NCBI GenBank assembly: GCA_013265495.1
Contig: MU058781.1
Location: forward strand, 8,537,009-8,601,008
Origin: Vicugna vicugna
Lineage: Eukaryota
Direction: 5' to 3'
Length of the DNA: 64,000 bases
Shown here: piece by piece, positions 12,401 to 26,300 of the stretch
Layout of the letters: the number at the start of each line of letters is the position of its first letter
Position numbering within the stretch: position 1 is the stretch's first letter
Translations under genes and position numbers: made by a program
The notes under the pieces: generated by a model
Seen by the model: only the letters and a program-made list of their open reading frames with translations
What the model was told of the DNA's origin: nothing
Databases searched by the model: none

Positions 12401-15233
12401 AAATTAATTATTTTAGGACTTGGTCTTGCATGTTTTAAGTAAAATTACATTGTTTTTGTATGTTTGTGGCTGGCAAAAGTAGCCTAATTTCAGTTATGTT
12501 AATCTTAGATTTTTTTTTTTATTAAGCTAGTTCCTTTATTTCTGCTCAAATCACAAATTTTTGATAGTAATTTTTAGTAAATCAGGCCTGGAAATAATGT
12601 GTATTTGTGACTATGTAACAAGAATATTACTGGAGGATTTTTCTTTTCTCCTTTATGTACCATTGGCTAACCTTTTATTGGTTAAAAAAAATTCATGGCA
12701 GATGTAGCCATGGGAAAATTATATTAACATTTAAGTATTAAATTAGCTTGTAGCCAGAGTCTCCTACTAATATGATGACATTCAGTGAGTTCAGGATTTT
12801 AAGGACCACGTTGCACAACTCATTGTTACACACTTCCTGTTTGCCTTTTTTAAAAAAAAGTATGTTAGATCTGCTTTTTCAGATGGAAAATTTCCATCGT
12901 GGAATCCATTGTTGTTAGTATTTCACCTAGCTTGTCAGTGTTTATTATTTACGTATTAAGAATATATGTATAGTGACCATAATGAGAATGGGATGTGATT
13001 GGTGCCGTCTGCAAACAAGACAGTTTTCATAACACTGTTACAGTTTAATTTCAAAGAAAAATCTCAAGTTATATTTATTAGCAAACATATTTCAGCTAGG
13101 GAGGTTTTCATCCTCCAAAAAGATGGCAGATGGAAGTGAACCTAATATGTGTTTTAAAAAAATAGCTGCATTTGTTTTAAATTATATCTCTTACATCAGC
13201 ATGGTGCTTTTTATTTTTGTCTTAGAGTTATAATAAATGCCATACTTTTGCTGTAAAAATCAAAATTAGGTTTCTTCTGTGTCTGACAGAATTTTATTTT
13301 CTGTTTAGAAATAAATAAAATATTTGTTTGAGGATGTAGACCATCAAATAACAACTGTTAGATTATCCTTAATGCAGTTTTAGTATCCTGGATCTTGGCT
13401 ATTCCTACATGAGAGAATTATGTGCTTTTCTTTTGGTGCAGGGGATTTAGATTGGATTTGGAAACATTGTACAGAGAACACCTATTGTTTCTATTGAATA
13501 ATGTATGCCCTCCAGAGATGAACTTTTTGACCCAGTGCTCTTCCAGTAGTAATAGATTTGCACTGATTTGAGCATAGTCTTCGGCTGGGTCCTGTTTTCA
13601 GTTCTCATGTGTGATGGCTGGCTGGCAGAATTACACATCTGCTTTGTGGCTGCTCCGGAAGGCAGTATGACTAGCTGGCTCATACTGGTTTAAATTTACA
13701 ACACTGGCTTGATTAGTATTATGCGGTCACTACCTGAATTAACTAGCTGTGGATAAATTGTCTATATCATAACATCTTCCTTCTGCTGCATGGGGAATTT
13801 TTGTCCTCCTGTAAGGTTTCAGAAGAGGTTATATTAGCTTGGATTAATTGAAAAATCATCACTTGAACACTGCCTCTCTGCCAGTCAGAGACTTGGTGAG
13901 TGATTTCTACGAAAAGAGACCATATAAGAGGTTATGTAATTGGGCCTGTTATTCCTGATCTGCTTTTAATTTGCTTTCTTTTATAATTTTTCAACCAAAA
14001 AACCCAGCCATATTCTATCTTTAGGAAGGTTGGGGAGTTGAGCTGGAATATGTGCACATGCAGGTTTTTATGCAGTCGTGAAGATCTGTACAAACACACT
14101 GTAGAATAAGTGCATTTTGTTGAAGTAATGAGACCTCTCAGAAGGTGGGAGCTACCGTGGAGTCCCCAGAGGTCTTGGACTGTTTTGTTGGAAGTTACGC
14201 ATATACCTCCACTGATGACAAGGCAGACATTTTCTTTGGGGAAAAGTAGTTCACAGCAGACTGTGGTATCCACTTCTTGCAGCTTTCTGAGCTTACTTCA
14301 GAGGGTTGGTTACTGAGCAAAATATGTGCATGATTACATATAATCAAGGTTAATTTTTATCAAGGGTCACTATGTTTTTGCTATGGTCTGACAATCATGA
14401 CCTACATTAAAAGAGCCCTGTGGGTCTGTCTGGTGTATTTTTGCTTAATGTCTGGGTAGTTTATTTCAGATGCTTGTCAGTTTCATTATAAATTATCGTT
14501 GGGGGCTCTTGCTGGATTTTCAGGTATACCATAAAAAACAGTGCTCTTTGCAATTAGATTGTCATGAGGGAGCTTCTGTTTTATGATGTGTAAACACTCC
14601 TTAATCTTGAAGGATGAGTAATTTTGGAGACACTTTCCATTTGGTTTTGTGTTATATTCCATCGGTAGATTATTTTGAAATAGAATAGACTTAGTTCTAC
14701 AACTGAGATTCCAGATTTGGTTCAGTTAATTCATGCTTTAGTTATCCTTGGGGAAAATATTTTGAAATTTTCAATTCAAATACATTTTTCTGGCTTAAGA
14801 AAAATCCAGATGTGTAGCTTATTTCACGACTAAGTAGGATTTATAAGTCAGAAATTTACAAATATTTTCCCCTTTTGCTGGTACAAAGGGAATGGTAAAT
14901 AGTGTTTTTTAAAACTGTGATTTAGGACATGAAGATAACTCAGAGACAACTTAATGGCTATTAAAACTGGGTATTTGGTTTTGTAGTTTGAAATCATATT
15001 TAATTTTGGCCATATCTGTCTTAGTGGTTTAAAGGATAAACAGTTCAAATAGTAAGAAAAAAGCAGTTTGTGTTTTGTCAGTTTTCAACTTTAGATATCA
15101 GTAAATCATTGCCATAGCCTTCTTTATCTTTTGTTTGCACAAAAAACCTGTTAGAATTATGTCTAGGGGGACCATCTGCTGTGGTTCCCAGTCTTGTCAG
15201 TGTGATAAGGGATAAGCTGTATAAACAGGGGCA

Positions 15234-15235
<2 letters not shown>

Positions 15236-15266
<31 letters not shown>

Positions 15267-15282
15267 GAAAAGGAAAAAAAAA
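15236..15282 (+). repeat. Poly(A)/(GAAAA)n purine tract
   Basis: Direct reading. Confidence 0.9.
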
Positions 15283-17809
15283 GCAGGCTGCTTTTTGGAA
15301 GGGAAAAGTACGGTGGGAATTTAATTTTATAATGTACCCACAGAAAGTCATAGGATTTTGCTTGTAGTCTATCAGGATTGAGGGTATGATGTATTTATTT
15401 AGAAACTGCAGGTCCCTGTTACTTGAATGGTTTATCTTCACATTAATATTATATCTTCCTTCTTGATGATAAGGTTCCTGTTTTGGAGGGCAGGCTTTTG
15501 TAAGTTTTTGAAAATATTTCAGTATAATTCTTGACATTCCAGTATTTTTCAGATTGTTCAGTTTTTGAATTTTTTTTTCCTAGCTATTAATTTTTCTCTG
15601 AATTGAATCCTCAGAAATCATCCTATTCCTTTTTCATTTGCCACAAGGTCACGGTGCTTCATAAGGAACAAGCCAGTCATTTCCATGGCAACTCACTCTG
15701 TCAAAACATCACAAATCTGTCTTGCCCCCTACCTTTAAACTCAAGTGCAAGAAGAAGGAGGTGTGTACACAGTGGCATTCTTCTTACAGTGTACTGGAAT
15801 ACAGGAGGGTTGGAGGAAGGAGAGGAAAGTCAATTAAAAAAGTTAATCTCGAAAGTACCTTAGATTCATTTAGCTCTCTATATATGTGTCTGTGTATGTG
15901 CAGTTTATTTTGAATCAAACAGTTTTCTTAGGATGGAAAAATGAAGATTCCAAAAAATTGCTTGGAAGGTTGACCATTTAGTGTCTATGAGAACAGTGGA
16001 AGGAGAATAAGGAATTGAGTTATATTATACATGTAAACACATGACACAGCCACTCCAGTGGAGAAAAGTCTGCCTTTGCTTAAAGGCTGTAGCCCTTGCC
16101 CGTCAGTCATTTTGACTTAAGGCAGTATTATTTCAGCATGGGAGTGGCACTTTGAACTTTTAAGTGAGTTCCAGGGTTTTGTCAGTTCTTTTCCTGTTAG
16201 GAGGAGCCAGTGGGATGATGTGATTACTTGTTTATGGAACGAGAGAACAATGGGTGTTGCATCATTACTGAAAATCTCATACCCTTTGATATCAGGTATT
16301 ATGGAGCACAGGAACATTATTTCTTAATAATTAGAAACATTAAAAATGTATTTTCTTTGTCATGTTTTTGCAAAATCCCAAAGTTTTGGGGGTGACCTGT
16401 GAAGATGGTAGACGTCATGAGCACTTGCTGTTTCCCCACGTTCCCTGTCGCCCGCCTTGCACCGCATCTTGGTCAGTCCTTACTGTGGAGTCTACTTGTT
16501 GCCCTCCGGAAGTTGGCTCACCTGAGTCACCCCTCCGGTTGGATGGCAGGAGCTTTCTTTTCTCTGGACATGTGTGGCATGGGCAAGTGTTCAGTAATGT
16601 TTGCTGCGAGAATAGAGATCACAGTGAATGGAGTTAATTGTTTGTGATAAACAGATTTTTCTATGGCAAAGGTATATACTCTGGTTTTTTTCCCATGGAT
16701 GTTTAAAATGAAGTTGAAACACATTCTGTGCCCCTGGTGCCTTCCCAGGCCTCCCACACAGCCATCACCAGAGAACTCCAGAGCCCACCTCTCATCCCCA
16801 TTTCCTTTCCCTCCTGACTAGCTCACCCTGGCAACTCGAGGCTCTTGGTTGTGGGAGAAGTTGCTGCTGGTCCAGGTTTTCCAAGTCTCCAGGCACTACT
16901 CGGTGGACCGCATTAAAATTTTTCGTTAGGAAATACTCGAAAGAGAGAAGGGCTCAAAGAATGAGATACAGAACAGCCATAGGCTCCTTACCCAGACTGA
17001 GAAATACAGCATGACTGGTCCAGCTGCAGCTCGCGGACCTATGTAGCGCGGGTTAGGCAGCAGGCTGCTTTTCATTCTCCTTTTCTGCCTGTGGACTCCA
17101 GAAAAGCCTCGGCCTTCAGAGGCAGTCCTCCCCTCCTCTGTGCCTCCCTGGTGCTGCCCTGGCCCGTGAACCTGCCAGTGTGCTGCACTCCAGCCCTCTG
17201 TGGGGATTCCTGTCACCTCTGTCAGGTGGTGCTTTGTCTTTGTGTTCCCAGCACCGCACCCAATGCCCTGGAGGGAATGAGTGAATGAATAAGTAGATAT
17301 GTTTCTAACAGACACCATTTTAGTGTAGGATTCTGTTTGGCAAAACTGTCTCCTCAGTCTAGCCTAGTTACTGGGCCTGGCTGCTCTGATTTGAACAAAT
17401 TGAATTAAACAGAATCCTGTAGAACAGATGCGTTTACAAGTCTCTGCTCACACAGCTGCTGGTCTATTTAATAAAAACATTGTCGTTTGAATTGAGTATT
17501 CATAGTCTCTTTTTGTTACCTCTGGTAGTATCGTGGTGTAAGCAGAGACTGCAGCCTCTGAGGTGAGTGGCAGAATGAGCCAGTGGTCAGAACTGAGAGA
17601 CGATAGGAGATGGTGGAGACGGACGGAAATAGGAGGTGTGCTTTTAATGAAAAGAATGAATACATATATTTGCCCTCCCTGGACCATAACTCGTAAGTTT
17701 TTGACCCCAAATTTCCCAGGCAATTATTCTGATCATCCCTCCCGCAAGTCACCTATGTATATGACATCCCTGCTCTGAATTACAGAGAGTATATGCAGAG
17801 GTATTTGCT

Positions 17810-18570
17810 CTTTAAATTAAAACTTCAGGTGTAATTTATTCCCAGTAAAGTGTACAGTTTCTAAATGTTCAGTGAATGTTTTCCTGTTTTTTACACCCAT
17901 GTACCACTACCCAAAGAGGATGGAGAATATTTCTGTGTCCTGGGTAATTTGATAGGGATTGCATTAAATCTGTAGATTGCCTTAGGCAGTGTGACCATTT
18001 TAACAATATTGATTCTTCCAATCCAGGAGCATGGGATATCTTTCCATTTTTTTAAAGTCTTCTCTAATTTCCTTCATCAATGGTTTATAGTTTTCTGTGT
18101 ATAATTCTTTCACCTCCTTGGTTAGATTTATTCCTAGGTATTTTATTACTTTGGGTGCTATTTTAAAGGGGATTGATCTTTTCTTTCTTTTTCTGTTGAT
18201 TCATCATTAGTGTAAAGAAATGCAACAGATTTTTGAACGTTAATCTTGTAACCTACTACCTTGCTGAATTCTTCGATCAGCTCTAGTAGTTTTTGTGTGG
18301 ATCTTTTAGGGTTTTCTATGTATAGTAAGAAGATGGAGAATATTTCTATCATCCCAGAAAATTTTGTTGTGCTTCTTTCCAGTCAGCCCTCCCTGTCTCT
18401 CCCCCTCTGTAGGAGCCAATTTCTGATACTGTCCCTGCTTGTTCTTGGGAGTCCTATGAACAAAATCATATGGTAGGTACCCTCTTGTGTCTGGCTTCTT
18501 TTACTCAAAATGATGTTTCTGAGATTCATCCATATTGTTGCTTGTATAAATTCCATTTGCTTCTGACAAC
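17810..18570 (-). mobile_element. Old L1M (L1MB/MC-like) 3' UTR, interrupted by a younger L1 fragment
   Basis: ACACCCATGTACCACTACCCA...ATCATCCCAGAAAATTTTG...CTGGCTTCTTTTACTCAAAATGATGTTTCTGAGATTCATCCATATTGTTGC is typical antisense L1M 3' UTR. Confidence 0.75.
17935..18326 (-). mobile_element. Younger L1 ORF2 internal fragment (RT-distal region) flanked by a 21-bp target-site duplication
   Basis: Minus-strand translation [40 protein letters not shown]...[15 protein letters not shown]...[17 protein letters not shown] is L1 ORF2p, with frameshifts; direct repeats AAGAGGATGGAGAATATTTCT (17914-17934) and AAGAAGATGGAGAATATTTCT (18327-18347). Confidence 0.9.
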
Positions 18571-19149
18571 AAAATGTGTACACTAACCACCAAGCAAAAT
18601 TCATTGTTACCTTAAAGCTGAGAGGTTGAGTAACACATTTTTAGGAGTATTGTTAATAGAATCAGTGACAACAGCTCACATTCATGGGGCAGCAGCCCCC
18701 ATGCTAAGTGCTTTGCATGCATTAATGTACTTAGTTATGTTCTGTGGTGATGTGTTTATTTAGTTCTCGGTGGCAGGCATGTTTGGTGAAAGTTTTGACA
18801 GCCAGTGAGGGGCTCAGTGTTTGCCAAAAGAAACTGTCTTGTGTTGTAAAATTCTTATTGTTCTCCTCAGGACCCAGCACTGTTTATGGCAGGTATTGAT
18901 GAGCTAAAATAAGAACCAAGAGGGAAAAGGCAGTGGAAAAGTAGTGTTGGGTAGGGAAGGAAGCAGTGCAGTTGCTCAGTTTTGATTCCCCTTATATTGG
19001 CTGCAAAGAAATAACCTTTGTGTATATGTAACATTGTTGTCTTAAGACTTTCAAAGATGCTTCTAATATGATGCCCTCCTTTCTGTTCAGAATTGTATCA
19101 GTCCAGCTTTGAGTTTTTATGTGTAAGTTTTGTACTGCTTACACTTACA

Positions 19150-19370
19150 AAAGACCCGCTATGTGCCAGACACTGTCCTCACTGCTATATGTATTCTCAC
19201 GAATCTGCCAAGTGGGAATTTTTCCTTTTTAATTCCTGTTTTGCTCACAAGTTCGCCAAAGCACTGAGAGGTTAAAAGACTGGACCGAAGTCACATAAGT
19301 TATCAGGATGGAGCTGGGATTCTCACCCAGGCAGGCTGATTTCAGAACCCATGCTTCTTCTAACCACTCC
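19150..19370 (-). mobile_element. MIR SINE
   Basis: CTATGTGCCAGACACTG...AAGCACTGAGAGGTTAAAAGACTGGACCGAAGTCACA...GGAGCTGGGATT matches antisense MIR. Confidence 0.65.
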
Positions 19371-22300
19371 CCTGTGTGTTACAGTCCCCATACCCAGCCA
19401 CACTCCTTACTTTTCCTTGATCCTGGTGGTGATTCTGGGTGAGTATTGGGGTTAGTAAGCATTGACAATATCCAAGCAGATGTAGTGGTTGGAACTTAAT
19501 TTTAAGACCTGTATAATTCACACAGCAGTGCTTATTCAAGCCTGTACGTACGGAGGGTTGATGCTTCTCAGCTGGTTGTCTGTAGCTCCTGGGGCTGACA
19601 GACTCTCCAGACTGGTTGCAGGGAAGGCCTCTGAATGGATGTGTGTGTGTGCTTAATCACTGGCAGTTGAAAGTCTATCAGCATGTGGGGGCCTTGTGCT
19701 CAGAAAGGTTGGACATGTCTGCACCAGATCCTTGACATCTGTGACTTCAGCATTTGGGGTTTCCATTATTTTCATGCACCCAGAAAGTCCATGACATTTG
19801 GTCATTTGTTATGTGGATACCGTCAGTTTCATAGAGTTGTAGGAATTAGTTGTCAAAGGCTGGAGTCCAAAATCTAGCTGTTGGGTTAGTGAGTGAACCT
19901 AGCAGAGGTTCCCACCTGTGAGACTCCTGAATTTGGGAGGGTCTCCGAATGCATCCCATTTACCATGTCAAGGAGGCACTGTTTTTGCCACTCCCGGTCC
20001 AGGCAGGCGCAAGTTTCTGCCCTGGTCTTAGGCCTTCAGTATTATTTCTGCCCCCTTGTCACTTATGGAGTGCTTAGTTATTACTCCTGTATGGCCTTTA
20101 AAGATGATGTTCCTTTACTTTTTTATCGTCTGCCTCCCCTCTCCGGGTTCAACACCGGCTACTGCTGGCTGTCCCCTGTCCTAGCTGGGGGTCAAGCATG
20201 CTGGGTAGTATTTTCCCTTTCTGTGACTGTGCCCTAGCCCAGTGCCTCTCCCCTCGGCTCATGGTCAGGTTGACTTCACTGATACTTTTTCTACCTCTTA
20301 CTTTTTTTCGATCTGAAAGTATATTATTAATTTCCCAAGGGAAGCCTAGGTGTTTTTCAGCTTGGCCTCCAGGGCCTTAGTCACCTCTTGAGGCAGTGGC
20401 ACATCTCCTTGCTTTCTGCCATTGGAACGTTGGATCTTGTGAATGCCTGGAATGAGGCTGTTACAATCCACACTTACTTTTCAAAGGCAGACTTCCATAA
20501 AGTCAGACTTCTGTTTTACTGTACTGTATTAAAAAAAAAAAAAGGTTATCTCACGCCTGTATTTTAACTAAGATACCATAGACCCCTCTCTGGTGGAGAC
20601 TGCTTTAAACATGCAGTTCTTTTGTCAAGGAGTGTTGGCTTTTTCCCATATACTAACCCGTAAGATATGCTGCCTATATTTCATTTAGTAAGAAGTCTTA
20701 CAATCCTTTGAATTTCATAAGGTTTCATTTTCATGGGCCTGTTCAGTGTATGCTTAACTATGTAAAAGATCCTGAGCTCCGTGTTCTGGGGGAGTCAGAG
20801 ATGGAGCCCTGTCCTCCATTCTTATAAAACATTCATCCTTTTACGAAGACTTTAAAGGTGCTAAGCTAATGTTTTGGGCAACCCAGATATACTTCCTCTT
20901 GTAAGAGCTGAGGGAAAAATTTGAGGAAAAATTTTGTGCATGATACTAAATTCTTAATTTATCACAAGTTTCATTAACCCTCATTTTTAATGCTGCTCCT
21001 CATGAAATGTAGGTATTAAAGCAATCCACGTAGGGTGACAGTAATGACGGCGGCCCTAGCAGCCTTCAGAGGTGAGTGGTGGGAGATTTACAGCCAGTAC
21101 GAAGTGCCTGTAGTCATTGTTCAGGTGTAGGCTCCTGGATTTTACATAGCTAGGATTTATACTAAATATCATGAAATTGCAGGTTTTGCCTCTTGCAATA
21201 AAGTACAAGTCGGTAAATAATGTCACACTCTTTAACACTCAGTTTCGGTTTAGCAATTCATGGTAATACCTAAAACGTACTTAGCTTTTACTGTGTGCTA
21301 GGTGTTATTTTGAACACTGTACATATATTAACTTCATGTTAAGGATTAAGCATGGTTTTCAGAAAAGTAATACTGAATCTTTTTGGAAAAATACAACAAA
21401 GTTGTCTTGAAGACCCTGGATTTGGAAAGCCCAGCTCCCCCAACCCCTTTTTTTTGAAAACATGTGCATACAGATATATCCATAAATATATTTTCAAAAA
21501 GAGAGAAGTAGCAAATTTAGAAGTACTTCTTGGGGAAGGACTTTCTTCATGTATCTAACCCATAAAATACTCTGTTTCTTTCACAAGACATTTTTTATAT
21601 AGATCTTTTCGTTTATGAAGTGAATTTTAACATGTTGCTTAACTATTCAACGTATCTGTGAGAGACAATGTTATGTGCTGAGGAGAATAATTTTAAAAAT
21701 GAAAAGATTTGGTCCTTTAATTTTTTCAGTTACCACAGGTGGCAGTTATGAATGATTCTAACATAAGGTGATGCCCCTGTTTTCCCAATGAGTAGATTAA
21801 AGTGTTTTGTGGACCTGGAATATATAAGCTTTAGGAATGAAGATGAAGTTGTCACATATCCTTATATTTAGTTAGTTATACATACATATTTAAAATTGCA
21901 TTATATAAAATAATTTTGAAATGTTGCTTTTCTATCCTGGCTTTTCATGAAGCAGTTTTATTTGAACTCTTCAAGGGCATCTTGAACATAGGGTTTTTTC
22001 CCCCTCCTTCAATCACTTTTTGAGTTGTCTGACTTAGTTTTCAAGACTTAACTTCCATTTGACTTGTTTGAAATCCATCATACTTTGAATCTGTCTGTGA
22101 TGTGGTCCCTGGAAATTTCCCCCTGGTGCCTGTTCTTGTAATTAAAAGAGAGTTGGTTTTGTCTTTCCTCCTGTAGAAGCATATATGTTGATCTCTAAAG
22201 TGTAACCACTTATTATAATGCTTTTTAAAAGCTGGTCTTTGAAAGACTTATTTGCAATGAAATCCAATACTTGCCAGTCTCAGGTTATATCCCTAGGAGT

Positions 22301-24399
22301 TAAATCAGGCTTAAATCTCACTGCAGCTGTTTTGACTGATTCAGGTGATTGATTCAGGTGACTTGCCTAGGCTTCCTGTTGCTCAGGGTAATGTCTTCTT
22401 CAAGTGATACTGTAAGTCAAAATAAAGGGCTGGAGAGAGTTAGAACTCATGGCAGTAATAAAGGCTTTACATGGACTTTATTAGAAATATAGAACAATTC
22501 TCTCTTTCCTGAGAGATATTTTTTTGGGGGAGAAAAAATTGTGCCTTACATTTGGGCATTATTTTTAGTAGCTAGCTGACACCTGTTGGAGAGAGTAGAT
22601 AGGTTGTATTTTTGCCCAGTTTTTTCTTGCTGTACTGTCACCATTGCAAACTGCTTTTCCTTGCCATGAATTTAGTTCTTTTTACCTGGTTTTTCATTTT
22701 TATATTTCTCTATTTCATATTACCTTGTTAGATTTTTTTTCCCCTTTAGTCAGATGAAAAACGTTTATCACTGTTGACATCTTCAGTAGTGTAAATATCT
22801 GTAATTCTTATTTTGGGTGTTAGAGTAATGTTCTGTTGGCTAAGATTCTATCAACTTGACCCCCATTACATGTTGATGTATTGCTGGAATGAGTGTTCCT
22901 GTGATGCTTTCTTGCACGTTGGAACTTTAATATTTGAAATCAGATTGTGCAATGTGGAAAGGCAAAATACACTCTAAACTATTTACATGATAATCTAAAG
23001 AACAAAAACATTTAGTGGGAGCAGTGGTAGAATGTTTCCAGGATCAACACTTGGATGCTTATGGGAGAACAATTATTTTTTTTAATGGATGGCAGGTGGC
23101 AGAGTTGAAAAACAGGTTTTTATAATGGAAATGCTAAGTCTTAGCCATAGTGGTGTGAATGGTATTGTTACAATAGATATAATAGATGTGTTGTATTATC
23201 TTATCTAATCAGACACTTTTGTTAGTAAAAGCTCCCTCTCTTCAATGAGTTTCAGCATGCTTGTTGCAGAGAATCAATCTTCTCGACAATCTGAGCTACT
23301 CACAAAAGGTTTGAGAGATTGAGGGTTTTTTTTTTTTTAAATATCTCTGTCAGGTTTTAACAGATTAAGCCTCAATTTATTTTATTAAAAATACTACTTA
23401 TAGGAAAGTAAGTATAGCAAACAGCTTAGATGTATTCCAGATCAGAGAGAATATGACTTTGCCCCTTTAATGAACATCAGTAACATTGGCAACGTTCTAC
23501 TGGTTTCTTTTTTTTTTTTTAAATCTTACTACCCATATTTCACTTTTGATTTGTTTTCAGTACCTTTACTCTTAAAGAGGCTCAGGAAATTGAATTACAT
23601 TTTATATAGTCAGCTTCTAATCTCATTCTTATCTTAAAAATTTGTATAACTCCTAAAGGCTTTTTTGTAAATAGGGGTCTGTGGGGTCTGAGTCTGAGGG
23701 GCTCGGAGGGAGGGGAAAGACCACACAGGAGTTGGTTTTTATCGCAGTCAGGAAGGCACTTGATAATGTGCTTAAAGGCAAAGGAACTCAGTTATATTCT
23801 AAGAAAGTAGAACCAGTTGGTCTGTTCTGAGGGAGTCAGAATAAAAATGGATAGTCACCATTTGGGGATTTTAATCCCAACAGGCAGGAGGCACTGTCTA
23901 CACATGCAGGCTGGAAAAGCATTCAACCTTTCTGCCCCCCCTCCCCACCCCCATCCTAGAGCAGTGGTACCTTGCGGGGAGGGGATGGGTGGTGAGCTGT
24001 GCTTGGCGATAACTCTGACCCCTTTCCTTCTGTGTGATGTTAAGTGTACAGGATGGACTGGTAAGTCTTACCAAAGTCAAGGCTTAAGCTCAGGTCCCTG
24101 GGTAGTTAGATTGTTCTAAGAATGTAATTGTTCAGTAGCACTCTTAAATAATTTAACGTGTGCCAGCTTGCTACTGCTAGGAATAAGAAGATGACGAAAA
24201 CACTGCCCACCCCTCTGAAAAGCTGTCTAATGAGGCACATAACTATTTGGAGCCATAGGAAGAGACCATCCACACGTCCTGAAAACCAAATCTCCCTGCC
24301 TGCATGAATTTGCTTCACCTGCACACCCTGTGGTCCCTCCACCGCACTTGAGTGGTCCACATGCCCATCTGAGGCCAGTGCTGTCACTGCACTTACCCC

Positions 24400-26135
24400 T
24401 CATCTGCTCGGGGACATTGCTCCTACAATTTTCTCCTTCCTCTGCTGGATTGTTTTTCCTCTTGGCTGGATCCTTCCCATCATCAAACATGCTGTGATAT
24501 ATGCCCTCCTGAAATAATCTCTTTCCTTGATACCATGTTTCTCCCCAACTGTTCCATTTCTTTACTTTCGTACATAGCCCAGCTCCTTGTAAGCAGTTGT
24601 TTATACCTGCTGCTTTCCCTTCTGTCTCCAACTTACTCAAACGCTGCCGAAGGACCGTTGCTGAAGGTGCTCTTATCAAGTTCATCAGTGACCATCGTAG
24701 GGTCAAGGGCACTTGTCACTTCTTAGTCCTTATAGTCTTTATCTGTTATCATTTGACATAGCTGATCACTCTTTCCTTCTTGAAATATACTCACTGGGCT
24801 TCCCGGACACCACCCCCACTTGCTTACAAGTTCTCTTCCCATTTCGCCGGCTGCTCCTTCAGTCATCTTTGCTAATGCCTCCTCGTTATTACGATGCCTG
24901 AATGTCGGCGTTTCCTCAAGGCACTCTTGGGCTTTGCTTTCTTCCCACCTGTACTCATTTGGAATTTTATGGAACATCGCAGCTTTTCAGTACTCTCTAT
25001 ATGCTGATGCTTCCCAAACACAGATTTCCAAATCTAATCTCTCCTTTGAACCTTGGACTCTGTGCTTATTGTATCATTTGAATTTGGATGTTGAGTAGGC
25101 ATGTCTGTTTAATGGGTCTAAAATTCTTAGTCTCCCCCACAAATCTGCTCCTTCGTAGTCTTCCTATTTCACTAAAAGGAGTCTACCTACACCCTTTCAG
25201 TTGCTTGGGCCAAAATTCTTGGAATAAAGGATTACTCTTCTTTTCACAGCCACACTGAATCTATCCTGGTGGCTCTGCCTTTAACACATCCAGAGCCCTG
25301 CCAGTTTTATCACCCCCACCCAGGCTGCCACCTTGCTCTAAGTCAGCATCATCTTTTTGCCTGGTTATATAGTTGCCTGATTTATCTCCTTGCCCACCCC
25401 CACTCCCCAACCCTAACACACAATCTGTTTTCCACACAGCAATCAGAGATTGTTTGAATATCATATTATCCAGTCTTCGGCTCAGATTTCACAGTGCTGT
25501 CCAGTAAACTTTCTGCAATGATGAAAATGTTCTGTTTTACACTGTTGTATATGGTAGCCATTGGCCATATGCTATTAAGCACTTGAAATCTGGTTAGGGC
25601 AACTGAAGAACTGAATTTTAAATTTTACTTAATTTTAATTAATTTAAATGTAAACAGCCACGTGAGTGAAAGCCAAAGTTTTATCATGACTTGCGAGGTG
25701 TTAGGTGAACTGAATCCCTTTAATTTCTTTCTCTGACTTCATCTCCTATCACTGTCACCCTAATTTTTTTTTTTCTGTGCTTTGAACATACCAAGTCATG
25801 TGCTTATACTTGCTCTTCCCTCTGCCTCGCATGTTCTTCCTGCAGGCATCCACTTGTTCTCTGCCCTTTTTTCAGGTTTTGGTCCAATGAATGTTACCTT
25901 AGGGAGTCTTTCCGTGATCAACCCGGACAAAATAGCATCCTTCCCTCACTCTCTACCTCTAACCTTCTTGATTTTCTTTGGGTAGTGCTCACCACCTAAT
26001 AGATTTATTTGTTTGTGGTGTCTTCCCCACCAGAATGTAGGTTCTGTGAGAGCAGGGAGCCTCATGTCCTGATACTGTTGGAGCCCCAGTCTAGAACAGT
26101 TGTTGGCACTCAGTAAATGTTTAATTAATGAACAA
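24400..26135 (+). mobile_element. L2 (L2a-like) LINE fragment, interrupted by MER3
   Basis: L2 hallmarks: CATTTGACATAGCTGATCACTCTTTCCTTCTTGAAA, TATGCTGATGCTTCCCAA, CCACACAGCAATCAGAG and terminus CTAGAACAG...GGCACTCAGTAAATGTTTAATTAATGAA. Confidence 0.8.
25492..25664 (+). mobile_element. MER3-like hAT-Charlie DNA transposon (3'-truncated), nested in L2
   Basis: CAGTGCTGTCCAGTAAACTTTCTGCAATGATGAAAATGTTCTG...GGTAGCCA...AAGCACTTGAAAT...ACTGAAGAACTGAATTTTAAATTTTA matches the MER3 consensus as recalled. Confidence 0.8.
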
Positions 26136-26300
26136 GTAGTTATAGTCCAGATGATACACTCTTGTTGGCATGTGAATGAAGCCCTCTTATAGTTATAGAG
26201 GAATTAGTAATGACTTCAGCCCCAGGACTGGGACTACCTTCATAGAACAGTGACATTTGAACTAGGCCTTAAAGAATGAATAGAAATCTGTCTTGTTTTA

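Noticed and set aside
21731..21747. CTCF-like motif (CCACAGGTGGCAG; also TAGATGGCAG near 2264)
   Set aside because: Only partial matches by eye; not supportable without a PWM score or ChIP data
23971..23986. 16-mer TTGCGGGGAGGGGATG also present near 45167
   Set aside because: Low complexity and within chance expectation; flanks do not align
24227..25457. ORFs of 60-161 aa on both strands
   Set aside because: Lie within a decayed L2 element
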